Shown: positions 50,799-62,640, counted from the first letter of the stretch. The stretch is DNA of 64,000 bases from Hydrolagus colliei (GCA_035084275.1 CM068745.1:58094001-58158000); one strand, 5' to 3'. The notes: generated by a model from the sequence alone, not told the origin. Numbers and translations are program-made.

Positions 50799-52099
50799 CA
50801 TATATCTGGCTTCAGGAGGAACTTTACAAAGCAGCTTGTGAAGTGCCAGCCACCTTTATGTTCTCAGGTCCAATGCCCATGCTTAATCAGCACCAACTGA
50901 TTAATCTTATATAAGAGTATTTGGCAAATTGTTGTGCCCGTTGTGAAGCCAATTCAGAGACAGGATGTTCCAAGATAGGTTAGTGCAGGCTTAAATCCTC
51001 CCCTTCTGCAGCTACCTCCTTGTTGTTTGTCACAAATCCACTTCACTGCTTGAACCTGGATTTTGTAAATGAACCAAAGGAAGCATCTTTGTTGTAACTC
51101 CAGGAGCTCAGATTCATAAAGGAGGACTGTTTGCATACTTGTAAGATCTTGTATGCTGCAAGCTTGACATGCATTGTGTCCTTAAAGAGAGACAAGCATA
51201 ACTAGAACACTCTTCCTCCCTTCTCTGTGTGGTCCTTCAGGAGACTCCAGGAAAAAGGTGGTGTCCACCACAACCTCCAGGTATTGATAAATAACAACAA
51301 CTTGCACTTATATAGCGTCCTCCATGCTAGGTGGCATCTCAGATTACTTAACAGTGGTGGAGCCTAACACCAATAAGTATCAACAATTGGGAGTGATGCC
51401 CTTGTACCTTCCAACCAATTCCCTTAAACATCTTCACTTGAGCCACGCAGAACAATGCTTTGCCACTTGGGGGCACTCATGACCATAAAGGGCCACTGTT
51501 TAAGCTAGTGGGTGGAGTGCAAAAGGTCCCCAGGTAAATCTGCCAGTGGCATAATATTGTCGCAAACACATGTCCGACAATCCAGTCAGAAAGCAAATTT
51601 GTATTTTGGAACAAATACATTAAGTCCTTCCTCGTGATGGCATCCAACATGTCATTGATGAATTAATGGAATAGGGTGGCTAACAATGGGTAGCCTTGCC
51701 TTACTCATCTTTCAAGAAGAAACTGGATCAGTGAGTCCATTGTCAACCGATACACAGATCGTGGAGGTGGAATACATATTCTGGATAAAATCCAAGATTG
51801 ACTACATATTCCCCAGGCATTCCTATTTTCTTCACGAGGCACTAGTTTGAATGCTTTGTGAATGTCAAAAAACAGTATGTTGGTGGGTTTCCCCTTAGTC
51901 TTTATGTTCTCGAGATCACTGTGTGAACTTCTACAAAGCCACAATCTGTCCTACAGTTTCCTCACGGGATCGGAAGTCTGCTTCCAATGCGTGCGATAAA
52001 CGTGTGGTGACTACCCAAAGCGTCACTGTGGTTCTGGATAAGCAACCTAGACTTATAAAAAGGGAACTAAGTGTGCCAAAGGAAAAATAATTAATAATA

Positions 52100-52385
52100 A
52101 CACTAATCTTTGCATTGATAAAGCACCCTCAGGTCATCGAGATATGCATCAGAGGATACACAAGATATTTAACATAGTTAACTGTGTATTTTGTACAGTG
52201 ACTGTACAATGCAGCAGCCAATTTGTGCACAGCAATGTTACACAAACAGCCATGGAGTGAGTGACCAATTTTATTTGGGAGATTGTTAGCCAGGATATCG
52301 GAAGAAACTTCCTTCTCTTTTTAAAAAGTGACATGGGATCTTTTGGGTCCACACAGAAGAGCAGGTTTAACGATTTATCCAATTA
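52100..52385 (-). mobile_element. Deu-SINE fragment
   Basis: GCAGCCAATTTGTGCACAGCAATG..CAAACAGCC..TAGCCAGGATA..CATGGGATCTTTT. Confidence 0.75.
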
Positions 52386-52419
52386 AATGCATTTAAACTG
52401 CAAATGTTTTCCCTAATTT

Positions 52420-52628
52420 GGCTTATCCCTCCCTAGCCCCCTTCAAGTCCCGACTCAAGACCCTCCTCTTCGATGGTCCGATCGGTCACAACAAATCCTC
52501 CCCTTTTTTCTCGACCTTTCCCCATCCCTGACCCCAGCTCAGGTCTGAAACAATGACTATCCAGCACTTTGGGATGTCCTACCTATGTGAAAGGCACTAT
52601 ACAAGTGTAATTTTGTTGTTGTTGTTAT
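52420..52628 (+). mobile_element. L2 3' end
   Basis: TTCAAGTCCCGACTCAAGACCCTCCTCTTCG..GTGAAAGGCACTATACAAGTGTAATT(TTG)n. Confidence 0.85.
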
Positions 52629-53577
52629 TGGGAAAATGTACGAGAAATGAATACACAATTGAGGGATAGCTTTAACAGCCTTAATAGTTTTAATAGATGG
52701 CAGAGAAAATCAGTTAAATGCAAGCATCCTTTTCAATAAAGCAGTTAACCAGTCAAGCACTGAAATTAATTATTTAATAATTGCAACCACTCCCTATTTA
52801 ACATTCTAAATGAAAACATGGTTTACAAAAGATTCCATTTAGCATGTAAGAAACAATCTAACAAAACAAATCAAAACACCCACAAAACACAAGACTATGA
52901 TTATGAAAGGTTCTGTATTTGGTTAATTTTTAAAGGATCGTGAAAAAAAATTCCACAATAATTGTACTTGCAATCAATAAATAGTCTGTCACTCCCAATG
53001 ATTTATAAAGTTAAGGATTTCAAATTAATACGTACATAGTTTTCAATATAAATGATACAATAGCCTGAAATTTACTTAAATTCCAAATGTAAATCTTTGA
53101 AGTCCTGCACTGAAATAATTAAATTTTGCTAACATGAATGCAAATACAAAGTTTGTTTTTGCTGTTTTACAAGTGAAATCTTTAGCCAACAGACAGCTCC
53201 TCAGATTTTTTATTAGAAATTGGAAGATTGTTTTCTGTTGAGGAAACTGGATCAAATTCACAGTACAAAATAGAATAGCTTTTACATACTATAGTTGGAA
53301 ACCTAGGCATTCTGTCTGAAGGCACAGTGTGTTTCAATTATTTTCTTTCTAGAATTTCTGTGGTCCTAATGATCCTACCAAACACTCAAGGCTAAGAGAA
53401 ACACAAATTCACTCTGTGGCAAAGAGGCTTTAAAGGTAAAACATATTCAAAGATTGTTTCCCTTCTTACCCCACTCCACCATGTAATTCTTTTTATCAAT
53501 AATATTTTATCTATCAATAGTCTTAACTGAAAGTATAGTGAAATTTGTTTTGAGTACTCATTGCCATAATTAACAAG

Positions 53578-53730
53578 ATAGAAACATGGGAACAGGAGTA
53601 GGCCATTCAGTCCTTTGAGCCCGTTCCACCATTTAATTGGATCATGGCTGATCTGTACCTCTATTAATCCTTTGAATTCCAATTTCCCGCTTTCTCCCCG
53701 TATCCCGTATAATACTCTGACCTATCAAAG
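53578..53730 (-). mobile_element. CR1-type 3' end (second subfamily)
   Basis: GGAACAGGAGTAGGCCATTCAGTCCTTTGAGCCCGTTCCACCATTTAATTGGATCATGGCTGATCT. Confidence 0.75.
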
Positions 53731-54159
53731 ATCATTTTGGATGAAAAAGGCCCTTTGCCCATTTGATCTCATCCTTCCCGAAAACTCACTCTAACATCAT
53801 AACATCAAGCAGTTTTTAAATGCATCTAGTGTCCCATAATTAATCAATTTTACTGGTAACCCGGCTTAGTGCTTACTTGCCCTCTGGTAAAGAAATACTT
53901 CCCAGTGTCTGTTTTAACAACTTTACAGCAACATCCTCGACAATGCAAAACTTGTCTCTTCTTATATTGCTTCCTCCTTAAATGAACTCTAGATGGCAGC
54001 ATACTCTGGCCTCAGCAGAAACATTTCAACTGGCATGGTAAGAGCACAATTTTAACCTGTTTCAGCAAAATAATGAATTGCAGGCTGCTTATAGGCTACA
54101 ATTTACAACACAAATCTTGCTTCAAAATCCTCAAAGTGGTGTAACATAGAAAGGAAATA

Positions 54160-54532
54160 CCGTAAATCTCCGCGTATAAGGCACACTTTTTTTCACGTGG
54201 GAAAGTCTTGAAAGAGGGGGGTGCGCCCTAAACGCAGATACAAGGAAAAGACGACCAGCCCCCAGAGGTACATCATCAAGCCGCGCCGCCAGTACGAGTA
54301 CCCGCTCTCCAGGATCGGCAACACAGACGAGGTGCCACTCACCTTCGGTGTCTGGTAATTCTTACTTCATGGTAATGCTCGGCTGCACCGTTGATGGATG
54401 TTTTTTTCCGGCGTAACATTTTTTTCCACCGGCAATATCATCAAAAATGCTTACATTTTTTTTGCCAAGAAAAGGTCAAAAGTGAGGGGTGCGCCTTATA
54501 CGCGAGTGCGCCTTATACGCGAGGATTTACAG
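54160..54532. mobile_element. pogo/Tc2-like MITE
   Basis: TIRs CCGTAAATCTCCGCGTATAAGGCACAC / GTGCGCCTTATACGCGAGGATTTACAG with TA on both sides; subterminal GTGCGCCTTATACGCG duplicated. Confidence 0.9.
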
Positions 54533-54666
54533 TAACCCAAGTACAAGATGTCAACTGGTGAAGTGTTTTATTACTATTAAAAGCTAATGCAATGCAAATT
54601 CTATTATTATAGTTTTTTGTTATTATTTTGTTCATGCTGGTGTTACTTATTATACAGTATAGTTGT

Positions 54667-55104
54667 GTAGTCCTTTAGCTCAGTGGTTAGAGCACTCCCC
54701 TTACCGGCAAGAGACCTGGGTTCGATTCCCAGCAGGGTGAAACCCTGGGCAAGTTTCCTTGCTCCACACATGCACACATTAAACTTACCGAATGATGGAA
54801 TGTTTTTTTACAGATCATTTTATCGAGTGTGCTGGAATGCTTTATTGGTAAGTATCCACACAAAATTCTGTTATTATTAGTATGGTATGTTTTAAAATAA
54901 GTAAATTTTTTGTGTAGGATTTTTGGCAACTTCCCGCTCAAATATCCAGGCATATTTAATTAACCGGCCACAGTCAGGTCCTGTGGGATAATGAAGCTTT
55001 TACTGTATATAATCAATTCACTTTACAGTATATTCTGTGAAGAGCTTTGAGACATTTAGAAGTGTGAAGAGAGCTATATCAAACGCATGGATTATTATTA
55101 TTAT
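54667..55104 (+). mobile_element. tRNA-headed SINE containing a one-ended MITE fragment (about 54770-55005)
   Basis: SINE head, then sequence matching 49670-49936 and ending GCTTTTACTG|TA, then SINE tail. Confidence 0.85.
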
Positions 55105-55749
55105 CAGTTGTTACAGTGAATGATCGCAAGTTTACTGCCGTGGTTTTTTAACTCTTCACTGCTATATTTAATTGAAAGCAGATGACCTCCAAGTCACTTC
55201 ACAGACCTCGGTAATAGATGGGTGAGGAAAATCAATTATAAAGGAATCTATGCACATAACTTGCATTAATGAATATTTTGAGATGCTTTCTGGTCATGTG
55301 GCAAAATAATTGAAACAGGATGGCCAAGTATAGGTAAATTAAAATTATCCTGGACTCAGTGCTTTATGGATTTTTCTATTGTCTTCCAAACCTCTGCTTT
55401 GTAGCAAATCATACATAGCTAATGGTAACTTCAATATGTGAAACAAGCTGGACAGAGACAGTAAGTATCTAACTGTGTATATATATTTTAGATCTTACAG
55501 AGTGATAAATGTAAACTATTGACAATTACTGTATTCTGTATTGCTTATGATGAAAGCTTTGCGCACTTGTATTTTAGCATTAATCAATTTTCTCTTGTAA
55601 TCTCCTTTTATACATGCATCACAAATTGAATTGATGTCCATTTGGTTATCTAATAATTACAAAGATAAATCCATTGTCAGACAATGACAATGAGTGGCTT
55701 TGTCAGCAATTGTTGTGTATAAGCAAAATAAAGCAGACATCATGGGGAA

Positions 55750-56480
55750 AACCAAATGAAAGGGAAAGTATATTCTCTGCTCATGCTACTCTAAAGCGTC
55801 ATCAAAGAGGCTAATCTTGCCAAAGATGTCCTGGCCAAAGTTGGACGAGACATTGAACCATTGTTGTTAGCCTGTTGGGGTGAATGTTAAAGATCCCATA
55901 TGCAATTTAAAAAGAAGGGTCAACATTCATCTGAATAAAATTGGTAATTAACTTTATGGCTGTTTGTGGAGCCCTGTAGCATAGTGGTTAGAGCACTCGC
56001 CTCACAAGTGAGAGACCTGGGTTCAATTCCAGGCATGGCAAAACCTTAGGAACATTTCCTTACTTCACATTCCAAATAATAATCCCTTAAAATATAATAA
56101 CTTGGTCAATTCAATCCACGACTGTTTGTGGGACACTGCTGTGTGCAATTGGCTGCCACATTTAGCCCACATATATACAGTCAATTCACTTTACATTATA
56201 TTCTGTGAAGTGCTTTGAGACATCTAAAAGACATGAAAAGCGCAATATCAAATGCATTATTATTCTGTGAAGCACTTTGAGATGTCAAGAAGATGTGAAA
56301 AGTGCTATATCAAATGCAAGGATTATTATTATGATTAGTGGGGTACGGCCGCTGGCAAATTGGCTGCTACATTTGCCTACAAAGTACTCAAAATCAATCA
56401 AAACACATTGCAGCAAATACTAAGAAGCATTTTGAGACTTCCTCCCAACATGAAAGGTATTATATCAAACGGAAGGATTC
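55750..56480 (+). mobile_element. Deu-SINE interrupted by a tRNA-headed SINE
   Basis: Core breaks at GGCTGTTTGTGG and resumes at 56338 with GTGGGG..GCAAATTGGCTGC. Confidence 0.65.
55969..56336 (+). mobile_element. tRNA-headed SINE with tandemly duplicated tail
   Basis: Head GAGCCCTGTAGC..GGTTCAATTCC; TTCTGTGAAG..TATCAAATGCA occurs twice. Confidence 0.9.
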
Positions 56481-58215
56481 TTCTTATTGTTATTACTCTC
56501 CAATCTGTGTCTCAAAGGATTATGGTAACTTTTCTTCCAGGCAAGCTATTATTGTGGTTGGAACTTCTTTCCTCAATAAGCATACTTACATACACCTGAG
56601 AACAAAGTGGAATGAGTATAACAATATTGACCTCTGAAATGTGTGGCTCTCATTCTGGTGCATTAATTGACTTTGCAAAAGTTTCATTCTGTTCAGAAAT
56701 TTGGTCTGAATAATATCCTCCTACTCTCATCAACCCAACACTGCAGAGGTATTACTTGAAACTTCTTTCAAGTAATACAGGTCCTTTGCAATCATCTCAG
56801 CAGGTTGGAACAACCCAGACCAGTTCCTTCGGACATAACATGCAGACAAATAGGTGAGTGACATTAAGGTAGGAAGTTTGGTTCGGGTCCAGTTTCAAAT
56901 CAAGGCAGTGATTTTCATAACGTGATTTTTCAGGTATCGATGCTGTTAAAAATACTTGTCAGCACGTCAATCTGCAAATCTATTGAAAAGATGAGGACAC
57001 TCCCAGAAGAGGGTGGAAAATTCACAGAATAAATATTCCTGACCACTGCTACAAACTACTAAATACTGTACAGTAACTAGTTAAAAATGATATCAGTTGA
57101 ACTGCTTGAAAGATTTTCACATTTCAGGCTATGACATTTGTAGGAATAACTCCAGGGAATTTATTAGCAAATGTCTCCTCAACAGATTCACTTTTCTACT
57201 CTTTTGAAAATCCTCAGTGACACCTCAGTAATTATCAGAAGGTATGAAGCTCCCATTAAACTGGGCATCCAAAGCATTGTAAAAATACAAACAAGAATAA
57301 CAAAAGGTTATTCCTTGAAGTTAATGGTGTCTGAATTTTTAAAATAATAAATCTAGAAATTAAAATTATGATGTCTTCTCTAAGTTTAAAAGGAAATCCA
57401 TCAAAGCTACTTTGCTGACTTTACCAATGTCTACAAAATGACTCATAAAAGAGGGTTCAGGACTAAATGATGGGGATGATACCCTCTTCAAGGCATTTAT
57501 AACATAGAAGGTTAGAAAGAGAGCAAACTCACCTATCTGTCAGTGAATACCCTTTGATGGACTATTGCCAATTCCAGAAATGTATGGGATGGTTAGCTAC
57601 CAATGGGGAAAAGATGCACAGATGGACCGTACACTGTCAAAGTACAATTGCATTAACCTCTAGAAGGCTTGCATTAATTAAAATTCTAAGATGCATAAGA
57701 CAGGGTTACACCTGGGAATCAAACTGCCTTAGTCTGAACAGGATACAATGTAAGGTGAGATCTTTTGTAGTCAAGGTTACTAGAAGAAGAATGGGTTTCC
57801 ACATATGTCAGACACCGACTGATCAAAATAAACAGTTCAAATTCTATCACCCGAAGAGGTAGAAATATATGTTCAACACTGTATCCCTCTTTTTTGGAAG
57901 ACTGCACTGTAATGCCTTTTATTTCACTTACAGTGTGGGGGAAAATAAACAATATCTTAAGTGCTCCAAACAGTGTGCACATTGCAGCTTGATGTGATTG
58001 CTTGCTAACATTCCTTTTCTGAAGGTTATGTACAGCATTGACCATCTCTTTAATGAGAGAATCTGCAATAAAATAAAATTGAAGAAAAAAACAGCCACAG
58101 ATTGTAGCCAAAGACTGGAGGCTGTTAAATAACGTAAGAAATAAATAATTACAATGAATTGTCTCAAACATATAATTGTTTTGACCTAACAGTGTGCAAG
58201 ATTAATACTGTACAG

Positions 58216-59010
58216 TAGGGTCCGTCGATATGGAAATTTTCTGATTAAATATATCGACGGGCTCATATCGAGAGATACCGAAATATCGATATTTTGGGGG
58301 TTTTCGTACTGCGCATGCGTGCGCGGCGCGCGCATTCGGGGCCTATCTCCTCAGGAGGTAAATATCTTTCTCTCTCTGTGTCTCTCACTCTCTCCATCTC
58401 TGTGTTTTTCTGTCTGTGTGTCTCTCTCCTCTCTCACATCCCCCCATCTCTATCTATCTGTATATTATCACATCCACCCTGTCTCTAACCCCCCCCCCCC
58501 CCGCCGTCCCTCTCTCGCACACCCCACCCCCGTCGTCTCTCTCCCCCCCACCCCAGCCGTCTCTCTCCCCCCAGCTGAATCTCTCCCCCTCCCTCCAGCC
58601 GTCTCTCTCCCCCACCCCCCAGCCGCCTCTCTCCCCCTCTCCTCCCCCCACAGCCGTCTCTCTCCCCCTCCCCCCAGCCGTCTCTCTCCCCCTCCCCCCA
58701 GCCGTCTCTCTCCCCCTCCCCCCAGCCATCTCTCTCCCCCTCACCCTCCCCCCAGCCGTCTCTCACCCCCCACCACCCCTTGCATACCTGTATATTGTAT
58801 TCTAGGACTATGAATACAATATGGCGGCTTTGCACCTCGGTCTGTGCATTGTGTATAGAGATGAGCATTCTGGGTCTTGTGGTTCAGTGTGCTCGCATCC
58901 CGATTTTTTACCTCGATATATTGATTTTTCGATATATCGATATTTTTGAAATGTCTATATCGGCGTATCGATATGAAAATTATATTGGGTTTTAGCGATA
59001 TATCGATATA
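58216..59010. mobile_element. Non-autonomous hAT element (copy 2, inverted, one end clipped)
   Basis: Reverse-complement match to 21632-22776; starts TAGGGTCCGTCGATAT; shorter minisatellite; distal TIR missing. Confidence 0.9.
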
Positions 59011-59108
59011 CATTATTGTAATTGCCACACTCTCATAGATTCCTCACTCAACAGTATTGTCTTCAGCCTCATGTCAGCCTCATGTCATGTTCAGGGATTA
59101 TAAAAATA

Positions 59109-60093
59109 CAGTTAACCTTTGTCGATCGCGAGGGTTACGTTCCTGGAAAACTGCACTCAGTAAAATCACGTTGTGTAAGCTTAACAAGTAATGGGAATAG
59201 GGGGTTTAGGGGAATCCAGCCACAGGCTACGCACTTCAAGCCTCCAGGCACATCCACACCCGACCAATGCAAGGTACAGTACATACTGAGGCGGGCTACA
59301 GCTGTCTCCCCCCTCTCCCTGCTCTCGTCTCCCCTACTACCCGGGAAGTGGGCAAATCAGGGGGAGCCCGGGAGGGAAGTAGAGAGCAACTGGAGAGAGG
59401 GTAGAGAGCTGCCGGAGAAGGGAGGTGAGGTGAGAGGGCAGGAAGCCGCCGGAGAGGGGTGAGGAGATGAGATCGCAGAGAGCCGCCGGGGAAGGGAGGT
59501 GAGGTGAGAGGGCAGGGAGGGGAGATCGCAGAAGGCCGCCGGGGAAGGGAGGTGAGAGGGCAGGGAGGGGAGATCGCAGAAGGCCGCCGGGGAAGGGAGG
59601 GGAGGTGAGAGGACAGGAAGCCGTTCGGGAGGGGAGTGGAGAGGGCAGAGAGCCGCCGCCGTCGCCCTGTAAAGCCTCTTCAGCCTGACAGGCAGCCGCC
59701 AGAGCCACCGCAGCGGCTGCCACCATGAACGAGTTCCTCAACTGGCTGTACAAACCCAAGGTAAATTTAATGATAGATACAGACAGACAGCTTCCGCCCC
59801 CCCCTCCCCACCCCCCCACCAGGGCAGTGGGAGAAGATGCAGCAGCAGGTATGTTTTCAGTGGACAACTTCTGAGACAAACTGGCAGGTTGAAAGAAGGA
59901 AGTGATTTTCCGTTAATTTCCCAACAGTGCATCGCGCAGGGCCAGCATTCTTGCAAATGTGCATGCATGCGGATGTACGCCAGCGCCTACATACAGGTTT
60001 TATGCGTGTGACGCAAAATAGTGACACCATTTTTTCTTTTTGTATAGTTGAATTCACAATCGAGAAAGTCGTCGCATTCGGCGAGGGTTAACT
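59109..60093. mobile_element. Tigger/pogo-like MITE with GC-rich interior
   Basis: TA|CAGTTAACCTTTG..CGCGAGGGTTACGTTCC at the left end and CGAGGGTTAACT at the right; internal ~48-bp tandem repeats. Confidence 0.75.
59725..59760 (+). other. Putative first coding mini-exon (MNEFLNWLYKPK) inside the MITE
   Basis: GCCACCATG Kozak, 12 open codons, AAG|GTAAAT donor, GC-rich leader. Confidence 0.3.
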
Positions 60094-60181
60094 ACTCAAT
60101 TTTAGTTTTAAACTTTATCACAAGTAAATTTATTTTTAAAAAGTCATTAAAACAAAACCATTATAATGCTTAAGAAATTCT

Positions 60182-60355
60182 TAACAATAAAATTACATTT
60201 ATAAAGCGCCTTTCATGTCAGGAGGATGTCCCAAGGTGATGAACAGTTAGGTCGGGACCCGAGCAGGTGGGGAAGGGTCGGGGGGTCGGGGCAGGGGGAA
60301 GTAGAGTAGGAAAGGGGGAAGAGTTAGGAGGCCAGCGGAAGGCACGGTTGAAGAG
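60182..60355 (-). mobile_element. L2 3' end
   Basis: AATTACATTTATAAAGCGCCTTTCATGTCAGGAGGATGTCCCAAGG. Confidence 0.85.
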
Positions 60356-60993
60356 CCAATGACAGACAAAGAATGGCTTTGTGCACTGGGTTTTCAGGTG
60401 AAAATTTACAACCAAATTTTAGCTACAGCAGACCCCATTTAACCTTTAATTTTAACAAGAACAGCTTGCATTTATACAAGCACACTTCCCGTGGAAGACG
60501 ACATTTGGTTAAGAAGTGTTAAATTGCTGCTCCCACAGTCTGGAATAAATAAATGCCTCTGGAATCCTCGATAGCCAAAGAAACATAACAAAATCATCAG
60601 TTAGTCCACCAGATTAATTGATGGGTTTGGATGAAGAAAGCTCTTTGGCCCACTTAATCTAATCCCTCTAGAACACCCACCCTGCTACTTTCACAACATC
60701 AAGATGTTATTGGGGGAGCTTCCATTTCTTTCTGACAAGCACTGTTATTTTATAAGAAATTACATATATGGACTGGTAATATTATGACTGTTAAATATAC
60801 GGAAGTAACATTTGATCAACTGCAAGGAATATTGAGAAAAATGTGTAATAGGTAAAATATGACAAATATTTTAGAGGTAAAGTAATTAGCAATTATTTTG
60901 TACAAATAATTTGTTTTTTGCACGTTGAGGATTGCAACCAAGGTATTACAATATAAATAAAGAGCAATTGTCTGAGCAATCGCGTTTAAAATT

Positions 60994-61860
60994 GAACGTG
61001 AGCAAGACCGAGGCCCTCCTGATTGGCTCAAGCCAGCGCCTCCGCACATCGGGCGCTGCCAGCCTCAACATCCAAGGCTGTACTCTCCACCTCACAAAGC
61101 CAATCAGGAACCTCGGCATCAAGTTCGACCATAAACTCTCTTTCCTCCCCCACATCCATTCCTTGACCGGCACCGCTTATTTCCACCTGCGCAACATTGT
61201 CAGGCTCCGCAACTATCTCACCCCCCACGCTGCCGAAACACTCGTGCACACGTACATCACCTCATGGCTGGACTCTCCTCGTCGGCCTCCCCAGCTCCTC
61301 CATTCACAGGCTGCAGGTCATCCAAAACTCTGCAGCCCGTATACTATCCCGCACCCTCCTCCATGACCACATAACCCCCACCCTCGCCCGTCTCCACTGG
61401 CTCCCCATCCCCCAGAGGATCGAGTTCAAGATCCTTGTCCTCGTTTTCAAAGCCTTACACGGCCTTGCCCCGCCCTAACTATCCGATCTACTTTCCCCCT
61501 ATAAGCCCACCCGGACCCTCCGTTCAGCAGGACTTGGTTTGCTCCAAGCCCCCCGCCCGAACCGCCCCACCATCAGAGGCCGGGCCTTCAGCTTCTCTGC
61601 TCCCACCCTATGGAATTCCATCCCCCGATCCCTCCACCTTGTTTCTTCCCTTTCCTCTTTCAAGGCCGGTTTGAAGACTTTCCTTTTCGACCGTGCCTTT
61701 TGTTCCCCCCCTAATTTTTTTTACCTCCCCCACGTTTTTCACCCCCTCCCGAACACTCCCCTCCAAGCTCGAGTCACACGCCTCCTGTGCAGCGCCTTGG
61801 GACGTCCTCCCGACGTGAAAGGCGCTCTATAATTCTAATTTGTTGTTGTTGTTGTTGTTG
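60994..61860 (+). mobile_element. L2 LINE, 5'-truncated
   Basis: NVSKTEALLIGS..RNLGIKFD..AETLVH; [23 protein letters not shown]; (TTG)n tail; TSD TTAAAATT at 60986-60993 and 61861-61868. Confidence 0.95.
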
Positions 61861-62249
61861 TTAAAATTAGAATTTTTATTCATGGAATTGAATGATAAAA
61901 TAGATGATTTGCAAATCAGTTTTCTTTCATTTCGTTCTTTTCACATCATTTACATTCCAAAATGCAATTGAAAAGAATGAAACAGTTTGCATGTCAGAGT
62001 TCTTAATGTGTGTCTAAACAGGTTGAAGGATATTGGCTCTCTGACAATGAAAATCACAATCTGGAAATCCTATACAGAGGGAGATCTTGGTCTCATATGC
62101 AAAACAGATACTGTGGCAAAAGATGATATAATGAACATGAACTGAACAATTTTTAAAGATTGAGAGTCATATCAGTGGCATTTATGTGATCAGTGGAAAA
62201 GCATTTAATATGAGTGAAAGAAGAAGCATCCATCCTGTGTCAGCTGAGG

Positions 62250-62640
62250 TGTCAACTTGGCTTAGTTGGTAGCATTCTCACCTCTAAGTCAGAGGATTGT
62301 GAGTTCAAGCTTTATGCTGGGACTTAGAGCTGATGGACTAGGCTGACACTGTAATGCAGCACTTGTGTGTAACTTCATTGGCGGCACTTAGATTAAGATG
62401 TTTAACCAAAGTCACTTTTTGTCTGTTCTGGTAGATGTTAAAATTCCATGGCGCTATAAATGTTTCTTGGTATCCTGGCCAACAATTCTCCAAATAAAAT
62501 CACTTCACGATTCTTTGTGGGACGATTCTTTGTGTATTCAGCGTGGTTTGGAGCATTTGCTTACAAATACACAGCCATTGCACAAAAATAACGAAGTGCA
62601 GTGCCTTGAAATATTTGATGATGCAATAAGGTGCAATGTA
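62250..62640 (+). mobile_element. SacSINE1-like Deu-SINE
   Basis: TGGCTTAGTTGGTAGCATTCTCACCTCTAAGTCAGAGGATTGTGAGTTCAAG..CTAGGCTGACAC..TCCTGGCCAACA. Confidence 0.75.

Larger units (their letters stand above)
48640..52050 (-). mobile_element. Degenerate non-LTR retrotransposon, RTE/RTEX-like (not CR1 or L2)
   Basis: Across frameshifts: DFRSREETVGQIVAL; FFDIHKAFKLVPRE; LER*VRQGYPLLATLF..FINDMLD; GHVFA(D)NI; LPIVDTYQYL; LLYESELL; C-terminal LLKLHIC..ACSK*SLKHAFV. Confidence 0.75.

Noticed and set aside
57527-57600. Minus-strand exon ending in AG|GTGAGT
   Set aside because: All three frames contain stops between the candidate acceptor and donor.
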